A stretch of DNA of 64,000 nt from contig NC_045697.1 of the NCBI RefSeq assembly GCF_009834535.1, forward strand, positions 2,978,001 to 3,042,000, written 5' to 3'. Of the stretch, positions 60,892-64,000 are shown one piece after another (within the stretch, counting starts at the first letter, position 1; every line of letters starts with the position of its first letter). The notes beneath the pieces are model-generated. The model was not told where the DNA came from. It worked only from the letters and a program-made list of their open reading frames with translations, and did no database searches. The position numbers were made by a program, and so were the translations under genes. The stretch is from Camelus ferus (Eukaryota).

Positions 60892-62639
60892 CTTGCCTTC
60901 AGCCTGACATCATGTCCCCGCTCAGCACCCAACAAGGATCAGTGCCTCTGGTCCTGATCCTCAAAGATGAATCCCTCAGTGCATTCCCTCGGCACCTGGG
61001 GTCGAGGAAGCCAGGAAGGGTACCAGGCAGACGTCCTATTGCAGGACTTCTCAGAGCCTTGATAGCTGACATGATGGAATGCCTGGAGGAGTACATCACT
61101 TCTCTGCTCCAGACTCACTGGTCAGAACCCCCACGTCCTCCAGGACCCCTTATGCATGACCGGTGGGCACTGTTTCCTCGTTCTTAAGGTCTTTAAGGGA
61201 CAGCCCCACTGCATGCAGCTCTGCTGTAGGGCCTGAGGACAGTGGAGGACGAGGGGACAAGGCTCAGTCCTGGAGTGGTCACCCTAGACAGAGCTGAGGG
61301 TGAGAGAGGATGGGCCACACCAGCCTCGACATGTCCCCCCTGAGACCCCGAGCCCAGAGTGAGCCTCTCCCAAGGCCAGTGGGGTCAGCGATGTGGAGAG
61401 GGACAGGGGTGAGCCAGGGCCTCTGGGGAGGGTCTTGGCCACCATGACGTGGAGCCAGAATCTTCTTTTCAGGACGAAGTTGCACCAGGAGGGTCTTGGG
61501 CTGCAGACGCCTCTATGCAGGCTGCCAGGCACTCCCCCAGCTGCACTCCTGCTGAAGGTTTGGATTAGCAAATTTCATTTTATCGAAGTGCTCTGGTGAT
61601 TAGGTCTCTTAAGATCTGAATTCAGTCTGGTCATTCAACAAGGAGACTAAATCTTCGATTCAGGCCCAGGGATGTGCCACCAGCAGCCACTGGGAGCTGG
61701 CCAGCCTGGGCGGGGGGGATGTGTGACATTTCTGACCTGGGACGGGGGGTGGGGGGTGGGGAGGTGAGCTGAGAAAGCAGGTGGAGGCATAGGCTGGCTC
61801 TCTGGGGAACCGGCGAGGCCCTGGATGGGTTTAGGGAGGAGAAGGAGACGTCTGCATGGGGGGCGGGAGGCACATCGCAGTCCAGGCCTGTCCCTCTCTG
61901 CTGCCACAGCCCGGGACGGGGGAGGACGTGGCTGCTTCTCTTGGCAGGGAGGGGAAGGAGTTTCTGGAGCCCAGAGTCACTGCCCCATCTCCGCCAGCCT
62001 GGCCCTGCCTGTGCTCCGTGGGGCCGGGCTCTGAGCCCTCCACTCACGTTGGTACCGTGGAGGAGCAGCGAGCCCTCCCTGCCCCCCGAGGCTGCGTTCC
62101 TAACAAGCCTTGTTCTGTCTGATGAAAGAGGAGGGCCACTTGTCAGAAGGCACAAGACATCTTTTTAAAACCACGCACTACAAGATCTCACAGGCTTTGA
62201 TACACTTTTAAACTCTGAGTCATCTTGAGTCCCACCTGGGTGGGCCGCCTGCCCAGCTGGGGGCTGGGGTGGCTGCACAGAGGACCCGCCACGTGCTGAT
62301 GTTTGAGGCCCTTCCGACAGTGACCACGAGGAAGGGCCCTGAAGCAGCCCACGTGGAACGTGGCCCCGGAGAGAGGGCGGGAGTGACAGCGGGGTTAATA
62401 CAGGGGAGAGGATACCTTAGTGCTTGGCTCTATGAGCCTGTTAGTCTGCGTGGCCGCTGTGCCAGTGGCTGTGAGGCTTAAATGACACACACTTACTTCT
62501 CAGAGCTGTGGAGGCTGGAGAGCCGAGACCCAAAGGGGGCCCCTGGCTTGTGTCCTCGTGGGGCAGAGAGTTCTCTGGTGTCTCTTAAGGACACTAATGT
62601 CCGTATAAGACATCACGGGGGCCCCAGGTCTCGAGACGG

Positions 62640-63445
62640 CATTCCTTTTTCAGGCTGAATGATCTCCCGTTGACAGAGGCCACAGTGTGCTTACCGCTCG
62701 GCCGCTGCCGGCCTTACAGGCTGTTTCCAGCTTCCGGCTGTCGGGAAGGACGCTGCTGTGAACGTTCGCGTACCAGGCTTTGTGCGGACCTGTGTTTTGA
62801 TTTATCTTTATTTCTCTCGTTCTCGTCTGTTTGTTTTTCATATATGCCTAGGAGTGGAATTGCTGGGTTATACGATTAGTCTGTGTGTATCTTCCGGAGG
62901 CTCTGGCAAACCGCCTCCCGCAGTGGCTGCGCCCTTCCCCGCCCCGCACGAGGGCCCGGCTCCCCTGGCCTCGGCAGCGCCTGCTGTTCCCCGTTCTGTT
63001 TTGTCGTGGCTACAGTGGCCCTGGTGGGTGTGCCGCGGCGGCTCCCTGCTGCCTGGATTTGCATTTCCTCAAGGACAGTGATGTTGAGCATCTTGTGTTT
63101 GCTTCTTGGCTGTTCCTGTATCTTCTTTGGAAAAAAATGTCTGTTCAAGTCCTTTGCCCATTTTTAAGTGGAGCGTTGGTCCTTTTGCTGCTGAGCTGTC
63201 AGAGTTCTTTATATGTTCTGGAGACTCAACACTTATCAGATCTATGATTTGCAAATATTTTCTCCAGTTCTGTGATTTGTGTTTCCACTTTCTTGATAAC
63301 GTCCTTTGACGCACAGCAGTTTTTACTTTTTCTGAAGCCCGGTTAATCTGTGGTGGTATTGCGGCTCTTGCTTTTGGTGTCGTATCCAAGAATCCGAGGT
63401 CATCAGAATCTACCTTGTGCTTCCTTCTACAGTTTTATGCTTTTG
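62640..63445 (-). mobile_element. L1 ORF2 3' region (L1MB-like)
   Basis: tatatgcctaggagtggaattgctggg..tttgcatttcc..gatgttgagcatctt..tgtctgttcaagtcctttgcccattttta..atgatttgcaaatattttctcc..gtgtcgtatccaagaa. Confidence 0.88.
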
Positions 63446-63829
63446 TGGGAGAACTCTTATTGGCATGTAACACACAGGAGTCCATGAATATGCCATGTGC
63501 AACCTGATAAGTCCTCACACACTGGACACACCCAGTAACCAGCACCCAGACCAAGAAGGAGCATGCCCAGCCCCCCAGTCGCCCCTGGGAGCCCCCGATG
63601 GCAGCCCCCACCCTGACCCTAACAGTGTAGATTCATTTGCCTCATTTTGAACTTTGCAAAACTGGAATCTGCTCTTTAGTGTCTGACTTCCTTCGCTCAG
63701 TCTTGGGTCTGTCAGAGGCCTCTGTACTGATTGTTCATGGGGTGGGGTTGGGGGACCCACAGAGTCAGGGACCCCCAGGCTGGAGGCTGAGGCCACAAGG
63801 GCCAGACTCCTGGACTGCAAGCCTGGCTC

Positions 63830-63950
63830 CACCGCCTCACACTGTGTGACCTTGCTCAGCTTCCTCTACCTCTCTGTGCCCTTATGGAAACGAGGGTAGT
63901 AATGTACCTCATCTCAAGGATGAAGGCAAGTTAGCGTGTGGAAGGGCTTC
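63830..63950 (-). mobile_element. MIR SINE fragment
   Basis: ctgtgtgaccttg..cctctctgtgcc..atggaaacgagggtagtaatgtacctc. Confidence 0.6.
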
Positions 63951-64000
63951 TGGCTCACGCTGCGGGAGTCACTGGCAGCCCCCAACCCCCACCCCGCCCT

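Larger units (their letters stand above)
1..64000 (+). other. ABLIM2: Internal part of the ABLIM2 transcription unit (intron 1 through intron 6)
   Basis: Five exons splice into ...VSEPQAAHGPLEKPPSTAILCNTCGNVCKGEVLRVQNKYFHLQCFVCKACGCDLAEGGFFVRQGEYICTRDYQTLYGTRCFSCDQFIEGEVVSALGRTYHPDCFVCATCRLPFPPGDRVTFNGKECVCQKCSLP..., recognised as the ABLIM2 N-terminal LIM array. No exon 1 or exon 7 was found, so gene extent beyond the exons is inferred. Confidence 0.9.

Overview
GC-rich mammalian genomic DNA, most likely camelid (two tRNA-derived Vic-1-type SINEs and camelid-type L1/LTR copies). The window lies inside the + strand ABLIM2 gene (actin-binding LIM protein 2). It contains five GT-AG coding exons, equivalent to human exons 2-6 (34665-34808, 43150-43333, 48535-48650, 53691-53818, 56501-56594), which encode LIM1-LIM3 and the start of LIM4. 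I found neither exon 1 nor exon 7 onward, so these are probably outside the window. The rest is intron filled with MaLR/ERV LTRs, L1, L2, MIR, hAT elements and tandem repeats. Nearly all listed six-frame ORFs are chance or repeat-derived. Main observations: (1) exon 5 carries one extra base, which frameshifts LIM3 and gives a premature stop in exon 6; this is either an assembly error or a real null allele. (2) An antisense ERV LTR starts about 12 bp after the exon 6 donor and supplies a competing donor. (3) An intron 6 CpG island could be an internal promoter. (4) There are candidate CRE/MEF2 enhancers and local duplications. I found no convincing novel biological system. Repeat family names and edges come from recalled consensus sequences and are approximate.
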